Source: an uncultured Eubacterium sp. (GTDB lineage: Bacteria; Bacillota; Clostridia; Lachnospirales; Lachnospiraceae). Taken from it: 37,141 nucleotides of DNA. The notes under the pieces are model-generated. The model searched no databases, had not been told where the DNA came from, and worked only from the letters and a program-made list of their open reading frames with translations. Position numbers and translations under genes: made by a program. The stretch spans positions 1 through 37,141 of the forward strand of contig CAZERX010000001.1 in NCBI GenBank assembly GCA_964515045.1, read 5' to 3'. Below, piece by piece: positions 18,655 through 26,883 of the stretch (position 1 is its first letter; each line of letters begins with the position of its first letter).

Positions 18655-19304
18655 AATACCTTCTGCTCTGTATTCTCTGCGATTTCCCTCGCCGGATTTC
18701 CCATCACGACCTTGTGATCCCGAACATCCTTCATCACCATCGCTCCCATGGATATGATGACATTTTCTCCGACAACTACCTCATCTCTGACCGCAGACGA
18801 TGCACCTACGAAAGCACACTCACCGATCCGTGCCCCACCTGCCACGATCACGTGACTGCATATCTGGCTGTTTTCCCCGATGTCTGCGTTGTGTCCGATG
18901 ATCGTATGACCGTTGATGCAGACATTATCACGAATATGTGCTTCTGCCACAATATCCACATAATCCTGCACGATCACACCCTCTCCGATCACTGCTTTCG
19001 ACGAAACCAATGCCGCAGGGTGGATCAGTGTTGCCAGCGAATAACCCTGCCCGCGCACACGCTCCGCAAGCATTTTGCGGTATTTTGGTTCTCCATTTCC
19101 AATGACCACCTTCATCTGTTCCGGCGAAAACGCATGTACCAGCTCGGAAAACGGCAGCATCCGACATCCCCAGAATGTACCTGCTTCCTTTGTGTCATCG
19201 ATAAAAATGATCTCCTCCCACTCCTGCCGCAATATTTCATTGCATGTGACCAGTTCATAGATCTCTTTTCCGGCTCCTCCGGTTCCATAAATCCCTAATT
19301 TCAA
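18651..19304 (-). CDS. NeuD/PglD-like sugar acyltransferase (left-handed beta helix)
   Basis: IYGTGGAG, FIDD, LIHPAA, hexapeptide repeats, IGHN, GNPAR; TTG start. Confidence 0.85.
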   Translation of the reverse strand: MKLGIYGTGGAGKEIYELVTCNEILRQEWEEIIFIDDTKEAGTFWGCRMLPFSELVHAFSPEQMKVVIGNGEPKYRKMLAERVRGQGYSLATLIHPAALVSSKAVIGEGVIVQDYVDIVAEAHIRDNVCINGHTIIGHNADIGENSQICSHVIVAGGARIGECAFVGASSAVRDEVVVGENVIISMGAMVMKDVRDHKVVMGNPAREIAENTEQKVF

Positions 19305-19314
19305 GCTCCTATCC

Positions 19315-20544
19315 TCACTTTATATCATACGGTCTGATGATCGAGTAATCTCCGTATTTTCTTATCGTAGTTTCTATGTCATCTGCATTGATCGGCTGTA
19401 CTGCCAGAACAAATACCGGATCCGGCTCATGCTTTACCAGCTCCGCAACAGACCACACCTTTTTTCCGTAAAATGACTGATCGTCGTTTAACTGACTGGA
19501 TACCACAAAGCCACTCACATTCTGCGCTAGTCCGTCTATCTGTAGCTGTTTCATACAAACCTCAGCCATCCGGCTTGTTCCATACAGATATACATGTCTG
19601 CCCGCCTGTAATGCCTGCAGAAGCTCCTCATCACAACGTTTCTCATCGATCAGATCATAGCAGGCTGCGACCGTTTCCCTGTTCAGTCCACAGTTCTCTG
19701 CCTTCTGTATTCCCTCGTCTTTTTCGATGGAACAGCAAAAGCCCAGATAATCGGACAGGATCTTTTTCTGCAGCAGGGTGTGAAATTTCCCTTCCGTATA
19801 GCGGTCAAATTTCTCGAAAAACGGTATCGTATAGGTCAGTGAATCATTATAAAATGCTTTCTGTGTCCGCATCTTTGCCATTGCTGAATTTGCAACATTG
19901 ACCCGATAGACGCTCATCGGCGTATTGTCATAATAAATATCGCCGCAGCATGCGAGATATTGTCTTATGGCATAATCCCCTCCATAAACACGAGTAAAGA
20001 AATAAGGAATTTCTTTCAACAGACGTGCCCGGCACACCAGAGAAGCAAATGCCGGATAATTTGACCCCAGTCCGGCTCGGATCTGCTCCTCCTGCGCATA
20101 CACGCCGGAGTCTTCCCATGTATTCAGTAACCTTCTGTTTCCCGTGCGTGTATCCAACTGCTCCGCATTGTGGATACATGCCGAGCATTCCGGATGAGCT
20201 TCCAGATGATCGATCTGCTTCTGCAGCTTATGTTCATCCGTCCAATAATCATCCCCCTCGCATACGGCAATATACTCCGTACAAACTCTTGATACAAGCA
20301 TGCCAAAGAAAATATCCTTCTTACCATATTGATTCTCCTGCTGCAGGATCGACTCGATCACCTCCGGATACTTTTTCTGATATTCAGATATGATCTCCGC
20401 TGTCCGATCGGTAGAGGCATCATCATGAACAAGTATCTTGATCGGGAAATCCGTTTTCTGCATAAGAAAGCTGTCCAACGCCTCTGCAATATATTTTTCA
20501 TGATTGTATGCCGTACATATAACAGTCACCTTAGCCTGACTCAT
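19315..20544 (-). CDS. GT2 glycosyltransferase with C-terminal Rossmann-like domain
   Basis: AYNHEKYI, HDDASTD, CEGDDYW, GGDY; C-terminal YLYGTS...GFVVS. Confidence 0.9.
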   Translation of the reverse strand: MSQAKVTVICTAYNHEKYIAEALDSFLMQKTDFPIKILVHDDASTDRTAEIISEYQKKYPEVIESILQQENQYGKKDIFFGMLVSRVCTEYIAVCEGDDYWTDEHKLQKQIDHLEAHPECSACIHNAEQLDTRTGNRRLLNTWEDSGVYAQEEQIRAGLGSNYPAFASLVCRARLLKEIPYFFTRVYGGDYAIRQYLACCGDIYYDNTPMSVYRVNVANSAMAKMRTQKAFYNDSLTYTIPFFEKFDRYTEGKFHTLLQKKILSDYLGFCCSIEKDEGIQKAENCGLNRETVAACYDLIDEKRCDEELLQALQAGRHVYLYGTSRMAEVCMKQLQIDGLAQNVSGFVVSSQLNDDQSFYGKKVWSVAELVKHEPDPVFVLAVQPINADDIETTIRKYGDYSIIRPYDIK

Positions 20545-20580
20545 TTGATTTGAAATCCTCCTAGATCCGTCTTATATCAT

Positions 20581-20621
20581 AAAAACAAAAGCTGACACAT
20601 TCCCCGCACATGTCAGCTTTT
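20581..20621 (-). terminator. Rho-independent terminator upstream of GT2
   Basis: 11-bp inverted repeat AAAAGCTGACA/TGTCAGCTTTT (20587-20597 / 20611-20621) followed on the minus strand by GTTTTT. Confidence 0.75.
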
Positions 20622-20714
20622 CATCATTTTCATATATTGGGTTTCTCAAACAGCGTATCCGCCGTTTCATCCTCCATGATGCACTACACTGACGATCCTT
20701 GTCTTTTCCCTTAT
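20581..20714 (-). ncRNA. Candidate sigma28-dependent GGA-hairpin RNA (CsrA-binding sRNA or orphan flagellin leader)
   Basis: Lies between a sigma28 promoter and a terminator; hairpins GAC-AAGGATC-GTC, CATC-ATGGAG-GATG, AAACGGCG-GATA-CGCTGTTT; no convincing ORF; 5' end estimated. Confidence 0.45.
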
Positions 20715-20720
20715 TATATG

Positions 20721-20747
20721 TTATCGGCATTTATCAGCGATACTGAA
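20721..20747 (-). promoter_or_regulatory. Sigma28 (FliA/SigD) promoter
   Basis: TTCAGTAT-N11-GCCGATAA (perfect -10, 5/8 match at -35). Confidence 0.7.
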
Positions 20748-20801
20748 CCTTTTTGCATCAAATATTCTCGGTAAACACACACGCTCATAAACTCTGTGAG
20801 C

Positions 20802-20833
20802 AAAAAAACCGGGCGAGCCTCCGCTCGCCCAGC
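20802..20833 (-). terminator. Terminator of the flaG-fliD-fliS-flgN-like unit
   Basis: GCTGGGCGAGC-ggag-GCTCGCCCGGT followed by a T run. Confidence 0.85.
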
Positions 20834-20839
20834 CTTCAC

Positions 20840-21319
20840 TTATTTCTTATTATCCAAAAACATCGCCTCGCCGGGCTTCTGGCGCATCATACTCTTGTAG
20901 TAGCTGCTGACCATTTTCTGGCTGGCTTTCACCTCGCGCACGCGGCTTTTGATCGTCGCAAACTTCTTTTGTGCAAGCTCATAGTTCTGCTGCTCGTCGG
21001 CGCGGATGGCTGCATCCTTTGCCATGACAAGACGGATCAGCTCGCGAAGCTCCGATAACTGCTCCTCGTAGGCGCTGTGGTCTCGCTCCATCAAATCCTT
21101 GATGTGTGCATACACCTCGTCGAAGCCCTCATCCAGTGCTACGATCTGCTGCACGATGTCGTCCTTATCGCGCACATTGATGTCGAATGCCTCCGGTGTC
21201 ATATCCTCGTCCATCAGAAGCGCCCTCTGCTCCTGACTGAGCACGGCGATCCGGTTTAACAAGACCAGCTTCTTTCTGAGACTGCGGATCAATAGGTCTA
21301 AATACTCTCGTTCCTGCAT
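20840..21319 (-). CDS. FlgN/FliT-like flagellar chaperone
   Basis: Helical 159-aa protein directly after fliS; start moved to ATG 21319 after a GGGAGA RBS. Confidence 0.65.
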   Translation of the reverse strand: MQEREYLDLLIRSLRKKLVLLNRIAVLSQEQRALLMDEDMTPEAFDINVRDKDDIVQQIVALDEGFDEVYAHIKDLMERDHSAYEEQLSELRELIRLVMAKDAAIRADEQQNYELAQKKFATIKSRVREVKASQKMVSSYYKSMMRQKPGEAMFLDNKK

Positions 21320-21330
21320 ATGTTCTCCCA

Positions 21331-21723
21331 TCACTCGGCATTCACTGCCTTGGGCGCATTGGCGTTCTTCATGACTTCCTTCCACGTATCACGCAGACCG
21401 CGCAGATGCTCTAACACTTCCTTTAGGATCTCCGGATCCTTCTTGATGTTCGCCTCTACCAGACGCTCATATACATAATCGTATACATTCTTGAAATCAT
21501 TTGCCACCGGATATTTGAAATCCAGCGTCGCTTGAAATTCCTCGATGATCGCCTCAGTTTTGGTGATATTGGTGTGCGCACCCTGTACATCGGATTTCTC
21601 GATGCACATGATCGCCATATTGCAGAATTTGATCGCACCCTCGTACAGCAGCAGCGTCAGCTCCGCCTTCGATGCGGTCAGTATCTTGCTGCGCATGTAC
21701 TGGTTGTAACCGTTATTTACCAT
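21331..21723 (-). CDS. fliS: Flagellin chaperone FliS
   Basis: ILTASKAELTLLLYEGAIKF...VYDYVYERLVEAN...LRDTW. Confidence 0.95.
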   Translation of the reverse strand: MVNNGYNQYMRSKILTASKAELTLLLYEGAIKFCNMAIMCIEKSDVQGAHTNITKTEAIIEEFQATLDFKYPVANDFKNVYDYVYERLVEANIKKDPEILKEVLEHLRGLRDTWKEVMKNANAPKAVNAE

Positions 21724-21762
21724 GATTGTTCCTCCCTGAAATCAATCCCTTATAAAACCTTA

Positions 21763-23496
21763 TCAGCCGCCCATCAGACTCGACAAAGACGACTGCTGGC
21801 TCTCCAGTGATGCCAGAGCGGACTCCATCGCCGCGAACTTCTTGTAATAGCGATCCTCGATATCCTCGACCTTTTCCTCCCAGTCTGCGATCTTGGTCGT
21901 GTACGACTTATACTCCGTATCCATCTCCTTGTCATTGTAGAAGCTGCCGTAGCTGCGGAGTGTAGTAGCCGACATCTGCTCACCCAGATTCGTATAAAGC
22001 TCTGAAGTAAGCTGCTTGAAAAATTCTGCCACGCCGTCGGGATCTGCGGTGATCGCTGCCATCAGCTTGTCGGTATTCGTTGAGGTATCCTCATCGTCCG
22101 CATCGCCGTCGATATGGTATGCATTCTGCTCGTTTTCCTCAGAATTGCTAAGACCGAGCGTCATGATACCGAAGCTGGAGAGCGAATATTTCTTGCCGTT
22201 GACCTCGTAGGTCTTTGACATTGCCGTAGTCAGTACACTCATCAGCGTGCTCAGCGTGGAATCGCGTCGGAGCAGTCCGGCTTTGCCCTTCTCCTCCCAC
22301 TTCTCGATCTCCTTCTCGCTCATTTCCGCCTTCTCATCCTCGGTCAGCGGCTCATAATCCTTGGAGCTTTCTGCATTATAGGATTTCGTCATGGTGTTGA
22401 TCAGATCGTTATAATCTGACAGGAAATCCTTGATCTTGTCGTAAATACCCTGTGTATCGGTCGAGGTCGTGATGGAGAGCACTTCTCCGTCTGCGGTCGT
22501 TCCCATCGCATTGATGCTCAGACCGTTGATGCTGAAGGAATTGGTCTTTGAGGTAAATTCCGCTCCGTTCAAGATGATCCTTGCATCCTGTCCGTGAATG
22601 CGCACGGCATCGGAATTGTAGCCCATCTCCTCGTCGGTCTTTGTCTGTGCAGACTTCGCATATTCGATAAACTGCTCAAATTCCTGTGCGATCTCATTTT
22701 TGGTCACTTCGTCGGTCGCTGCCTGATATTCCTTGGCAAAGCCTGCGATGATGCCGTCTGCATCGCTTCCGGTCGTGCTGTAACCGTTCAGTACGGCTCC
22801 AAGCTCCTGTGTCGTCAGTCCGTCGTAGGTCGCTGCATACTGCTGGTACGTCGTTGCGCCTGTCGCGGGCTTCGCGTTCAGTCCGAGTGCGGTCAGTGCC
22901 TTTGCGCCGCCCTCATTCAGTGCGGTCAGTGAAAAATCTGCTGCACCGCCGCTCTCCTTTGAGCTTATGAAAATACGCTGGTTTGTCTCATCAAAGCTCG
23001 CATTCACGCCTGCATCCTGCAGCTTAGACACCACATCACGGATGGATGTTCCTGCATCAATGGAGATCCGCTTGCCGTTGATGCTGAAATCACCGCTTCC
23101 GCTCATATCGAGCATACTCAGCGTGGAGTCCGCTGTCGCTGATCCGGTCAGAGATTTTACCTTTCCTCCGGTCAGATAACCGCTCTTTGCAAGCTCCTTG
23201 ATCTCCAAGGTCTGTGTTCCGATGACTGCACCGTTGCCGGCTGTCACGGTAGCCTTGCTCGCGTTCGACACGGATGTTGTCTTTAAGCTGTAGCCGGATG
23301 AAAAACGCATGCTGTCCAAGCTCTTGCGGAAGCTGTATGTCTGGGAGCTTAATGATTTCCATTTCTCCTGCTTCCAAGAGATCGTGGTCTGCTCCTTCTC
23401 GTATTTCTCACCCTTCTGTCTGTATGCGGATACCAGCTCCTGTATGATCGACTCGGTATCCAGTCCTGAATTCATTCCTGTGATTCTGATCGGCAT
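21763..23496 (-). CDS. fliD: Flagellar filament cap FliD
   Basis: GMNSGLDTESII, GQDA, GLLRRDSTL, RYYKKFAAMESAL. Confidence 0.95.
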   Translation of the reverse strand: MPIRITGMNSGLDTESIIQELVSAYRQKGEKYEKEQTTISWKQEKWKSLSSQTYSFRKSLDSMRFSSGYSLKTTSVSNASKATVTAGNGAVIGTQTLEIKELAKSGYLTGGKVKSLTGSATADSTLSMLDMSGSGDFSINGKRISIDAGTSIRDVVSKLQDAGVNASFDETNQRIFISSKESGGAADFSLTALNEGGAKALTALGLNAKPATGATTYQQYAATYDGLTTQELGAVLNGYSTTGSDADGIIAGFAKEYQAATDEVTKNEIAQEFEQFIEYAKSAQTKTDEEMGYNSDAVRIHGQDARIILNGAEFTSKTNSFSINGLSINAMGTTADGEVLSITTSTDTQGIYDKIKDFLSDYNDLINTMTKSYNAESSKDYEPLTEDEKAEMSEKEIEKWEEKGKAGLLRRDSTLSTLMSVLTTAMSKTYEVNGKKYSLSSFGIMTLGLSNSEENEQNAYHIDGDADDEDTSTNTDKLMAAITADPDGVAEFFKQLTSELYTNLGEQMSATTLRSYGSFYNDKEMDTEYKSYTTKIADWEEKVEDIEDRYYKKFAAMESALASLESQQSSLSSLMGG

Positions 23497-23533
23497 AATC
23501 TGCCCTCCTTATTGATCCGTCAAAAAACGCCGT

Positions 23534-23935
23534 CTAGCGTTTTTCATCTACCATCAGTCCTGCCATCTCCCAAACCTTCTGGATCATGTCAAGCGTCTCC
23601 TCTGCCGGATACTCCTTCTTGACCTCCTTGGTCTCCTTGTCGATGATCTTGATGGTCACACGCTTGGTTCCCTCGTGATAACCGAATACGGCTTCTGTGC
23701 TGGCAGAGCGGCGGTTGATGTCCTCCACTGCCTTCTTGATCGCGCTGTCCGAAGCGGTCTCCGGTGCTACGGTGCGGTCTGCATTGTCAGCCGCCCGACT
23801 GTCTGTCTGCTGAGACTGTGCGGATGCACGCTCCGGTGCCTGTACGGTCGTTTTCTGTGTGTTCTGCATTTTTTCGACTGCGATTCCACTTCCTTGATAT
23901 GACGCAGTCGTGTTCTGAATTGGTTCCATTGTCAT
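23534..23935 (-). CDS. flaG: FlaG protein
   Basis: C-terminal IKIIDKETKEVKKEYPAEE..GLMVDEKR; ATG 23935 after GGAGGT. Confidence 0.9.
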   Translation of the reverse strand: MTMEPIQNTTASYQGSGIAVEKMQNTQKTTVQAPERASAQSQQTDSRAADNADRTVAPETASDSAIKKAVEDINRRSASTEAVFGYHEGTKRVTIKIIDKETKEVKKEYPAEETLDMIQKVWEMAGLMVDEKR

Positions 23936-23977
23936 ACCTGTCACCTCCGTGTGATCTTTACTGTAAAAATTTTTTAT

Positions 23978-24010
23978 AAAAAGCAGCAGACCCTAACATC
24001 ATCTGCTGCT
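23978..24010 (-). terminator. Terminator-like hairpin in the flaG leader
   Basis: AGCAGCAGA/TCTGCTGCT 9-bp stem followed by a short T run, downstream of the sigma28 promoter. Confidence 0.5.
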
Positions 24011-24032
24011 CTCGTTCGGGTTGCTATCTTTT

Positions 24033-24059
24033 ATATCGGCACGGAACCCGTAAACTTTA
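24033..24059 (-). promoter_or_regulatory. Sigma28 promoter for flaG-fliD-fliS
   Basis: TAAAGTTT-N11-GCCGATAT, essentially consensus. Confidence 0.9.
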
Positions 24060-24251
24060 TAGTCGGTGCGAATTTTTGGTCAGAGCAACTGCTTTAATGC
24101 CGCCAGATCTGCTACGCTGGCGGTACACCGGCACCTGGCGCGGCGCTTTGATGCCGAGCTTGACCTGATCACCGCGGATCTCAAGCACCGTCACCTCGAT
24201 GTCATTGCCAAGCACGAGCGATTCGCCCTTTTTTCGCGTTAAAGCTAACAT
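24057..24251 (-). CDS. csrA: CsrA with frameshifted C-terminus
   Basis: [12 protein letters not shown]...[15 protein letters not shown] then a non-family tail; a native-looking end [13 protein letters not shown] lies in another frame (stop 24080-24082). Confidence 0.9.
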   Translation of the reverse strand: MLALTRKKGESLVLGNDIEVTVLEIRGDQVKLGIKAPRQVPVYRQRSRSGGIKAVALTKNSHRL

Positions 24252-24703
24252 GAAGCGCCCTCCTTTCTCTGTTTGAGGGTCTCATAGATCGGATACTTCA
24301 CCGGAAGCTCATCCTCCACGATGATCTGTGCCGCCTTGTGATTGCTCATATTGACGATGACCGGCGCTTTTAGGTTCACGCTCATATTCTCGATCTGCGA
24401 CGGAACGGTGATCGTCACCAAAAGATAGATCTGATCCTCCGCAAGCTCGCCGACCGGCACGAGATGCTCATCGTTCACGACCGGATTGTAGTCGTCCTTC
24501 ACGATCGCAGGTTCAATGACCGGAAGTGCAAATTCCGGCTCATCCATCGACTGCAGCCACATGATCGCTGCATCCTCATTATCCGCATCATGGATGAGTG
24601 CAAACGTTTTCAGAAAGGGAAAACCGATGATCCCCTCCGGAAATGTGATGAGCTTTTCATCCTCGATGTCGATCGTTCCAAATAATCTGGTTTCTGCTGT
24701 CAT
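24245..24703 (-). CDS. fliW: Flagellar assembly factor FliW
   Basis: [23 protein letters not shown]; adjacent to csrA. Confidence 0.95.
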   Translation of the reverse strand: MTAETRLFGTIDIEDEKLITFPEGIIGFPFLKTFALIHDADNEDAAIMWLQSMDEPEFALPVIEPAIVKDDYNPVVNDEHLVPVGELAEDQIYLLVTITVPSQIENMSVNLKAPVIVNMSNHKAAQIIVEDELPVKYPIYETLKQRKEGASC

Positions 24704-24736
24704 ATTCGTTCCTTCCCCTCCCCGATACCTGTCAGA

Positions 24737-26869
24737 TTATAAATAGTCAAGCAGCGACATATTGTCGATCTTGCCGGCTGCCTGCAGCGATGCCTGAAAT
24801 GCCGAGAACGCTGAGGTATAGTCGATGGTGATATCTGAGATCTCCTCGTCCTCATTGTTGGATTTCAGCTCGGTAAATGTCGTTTTCTGTCCGCTGATAC
24901 GGTTTTCGGAGAGATCGAGCTGATCGCCGCGGCTTCCGATCTCCGTGATCGCCAGATTGACCTTAGCAACATATTTCTCAAAATGCGTCATCTGCGTTCC
25001 GAATACCTTCTGCAGCTTATCATCCATATACGCCATCTGCTTTTTCGCCTTTTCCAGACAATCCTTGAGATAATTCTGCGCATCATCGGACGTATAATCC
25101 GTAGATGCGATCATTTTCTCGATGTTGGATACAGTCGTATGTGCATCGATCGCCGCCTGCACGACATCCGTCATTTCTGCGAGGTCACGATAGCAGTCGG
25201 CACTCGCAACATCATGGATCTGCGTGTTGATCGTCATGTCCTGATTTGCCGATACCGCATAGTCGATGTCCTGATGGATCCAGTTATTATCCGCGTCAAA
25301 GTTCGTGTAGCGGATATGGTTTGCCGGACTGACATCGGTCTTATTCACGCAGTTAAAGTACATTTCCGGTCGGGTCTCGCCCTTCTCAAAGCCGTTCTTG
25401 TTGTATGTCACATTAAGCGTCGCATATTCGGACGACATCATCTGTGCGATGTTGTTGCCGAATACCAGCTCGCCGGAATCCGGCAGATAGATCAGGGTAT
25501 TTTTATAATTCTCAGACACGGTATCATAGTCTGCCGCGAGATTCGACAGGTAGGTGTTGAACTCCTGTTGGGTCATCGCCACGACCTTCAGCTCCGTATC
25601 GAGATTCTTGTCCGCAGTGTGTACCTTGTAGGTGTTTCCATCTGTTGTCGCAGTCAGCGCCACGTCACCGTCTGCGTTTTTCACGGTGATCGTATCCGTC
25701 ACCGTGCCAAGATTCGTATTGATGGTGTTGCCCTGCATATCTTTAACTTCTGCAATACTGCCGGTCGCACTGCTAAAGGTGAACTCCACGCGATTACCCT
25801 GTGCATCGACTGCATATGCCGTCTTTGTGCCGGTCGCCGTATCATTCTCCGTCTGTACGAGGAACGCCAGATCGCCGTTTTCATCCGTGAAGGTCTGCTC
25901 GACCACCTCCACCGTGCCGAGTGTCGTCCGACGCACTTTTTCCGTAATGGACGGATCCTCCACGGAAAAAGTACCCGTGCTGGTGACATTCAGCACCTGA
26001 CCGTTCATGTTTTCCATGCTGGCACCGGTCATCACGCCGTCCTTATCTGCATAGTAGGTGAATGCGCCATCCTTCTGGCTGCTGCGCCACTGGAAGGTCT
26101 GTTCCGTCGGATCTGTCGCAATGTCCGGCATCTGTGTCGTGATCGTGACATTGCCGTTTAACGTTCCGTTCGAGTGTGAGGAGCTGGTGTCTACGGCATA
26201 GTTGTAAGAAAAGCTGTCAAGGTCACTCAGCTTGTTGTAGGAAAGACGCAGGCGCTTTAAGTTCTCCTCCTGCGGGGTCTTTACCACGTTATTCGTCGGA
26301 TCGCCGATCTCGCTCGCAGTCGGTGTATCCATCTGGTTTGCATAGTAGGTATAGGATTCCAGATCACGCGCATACAACTGCTCGGTGATCTCGTATTTTG
26401 CGTTTGCAGCTTCCTTGCTGTCCGTGAATGCGACCGTCGAATTGGTCTTGTAGCCGCTGAACACGGTACGCTCCGCATATTCTGCGTTCGCCTCGGCATA
26501 AAGCTGGGAGCTTAAACTCTTTAACTGCGTGAGGATCGTATCACGGTTCTCATCCGTCAGCGTATCCGTCGCACCGTTCACGGCGAGGCGGTATGCATCG
26601 TTAAAGATGTCCTTCATATTCGTCAGCGCGGTCTCCGTGACATCCATCCATGAACGCGCATCCTTGATATTATTATTGTAATACTGATTGATCTGACTGA
26701 GCGTCGTGGACAGACGCAGGGACTTGATCGCGATCAGCGGATTATCCGAGGGCTTCGTGATCTTTTTCTGCGTAGACATCTGTGTATTCAGACGATCCAC
26801 GGACACCTTATTGTTATTGATGTTCGTCTTGGACGTATTCATCATCATGCTGTTTGTGATTCGCATCAT
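24737..26869 (-). CDS. flgL: Hook-associated protein 3 FlgL with large central insert
   Basis: MRITNSMM...KKITKPSDNP, FSGYKT, FQASLQAAGKI..SLLDYL. Confidence 0.9.
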   Translation of the reverse strand: MMRITNSMMMNTSKTNINNNKVSVDRLNTQMSTQKKITKPSDNPLIAIKSLRLSTTLSQINQYYNNNIKDARSWMDVTETALTNMKDIFNDAYRLAVNGATDTLTDENRDTILTQLKSLSSQLYAEANAEYAERTVFSGYKTNSTVAFTDSKEAANAKYEITEQLYARDLESYTYYANQMDTPTASEIGDPTNNVVKTPQEENLKRLRLSYNKLSDLDSFSYNYAVDTSSSHSNGTLNGNVTITTQMPDIATDPTEQTFQWRSSQKDGAFTYYADKDGVMTGASMENMNGQVLNVTSTGTFSVEDPSITEKVRRTTLGTVEVVEQTFTDENGDLAFLVQTENDTATGTKTAYAVDAQGNRVEFTFSSATGSIAEVKDMQGNTINTNLGTVTDTITVKNADGDVALTATTDGNTYKVHTADKNLDTELKVVAMTQQEFNTYLSNLAADYDTVSENYKNTLIYLPDSGELVFGNNIAQMMSSEYATLNVTYNKNGFEKGETRPEMYFNCVNKTDVSPANHIRYTNFDADNNWIHQDIDYAVSANQDMTINTQIHDVASADCYRDLAEMTDVVQAAIDAHTTVSNIEKMIASTDYTSDDAQNYLKDCLEKAKKQMAYMDDKLQKVFGTQMTHFEKYVAKVNLAITEIGSRGDQLDLSENRISGQKTTFTELKSNNEDEEISDITIDYTSAFSAFQASLQAAGKIDNMSLLDYL

Positions 26870-26883
26870 AGTCGGTTCACCTC

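Noticed and set aside
20633-20680. 15-codon ORF MEDETADTLFEKPNI as a leader peptide
   Set aside because: No properly spaced RBS; the GGA hairpin pattern explains the sequence better, though translation is not excluded
24983-26161. 392-aa plus-strand ORF (likewise 18507-19298, 4735-5385, 3328-3918 and other small ORFs)
   Set aside because: Antisense or off-frame shadows of well-supported genes, with no recognisable motifs
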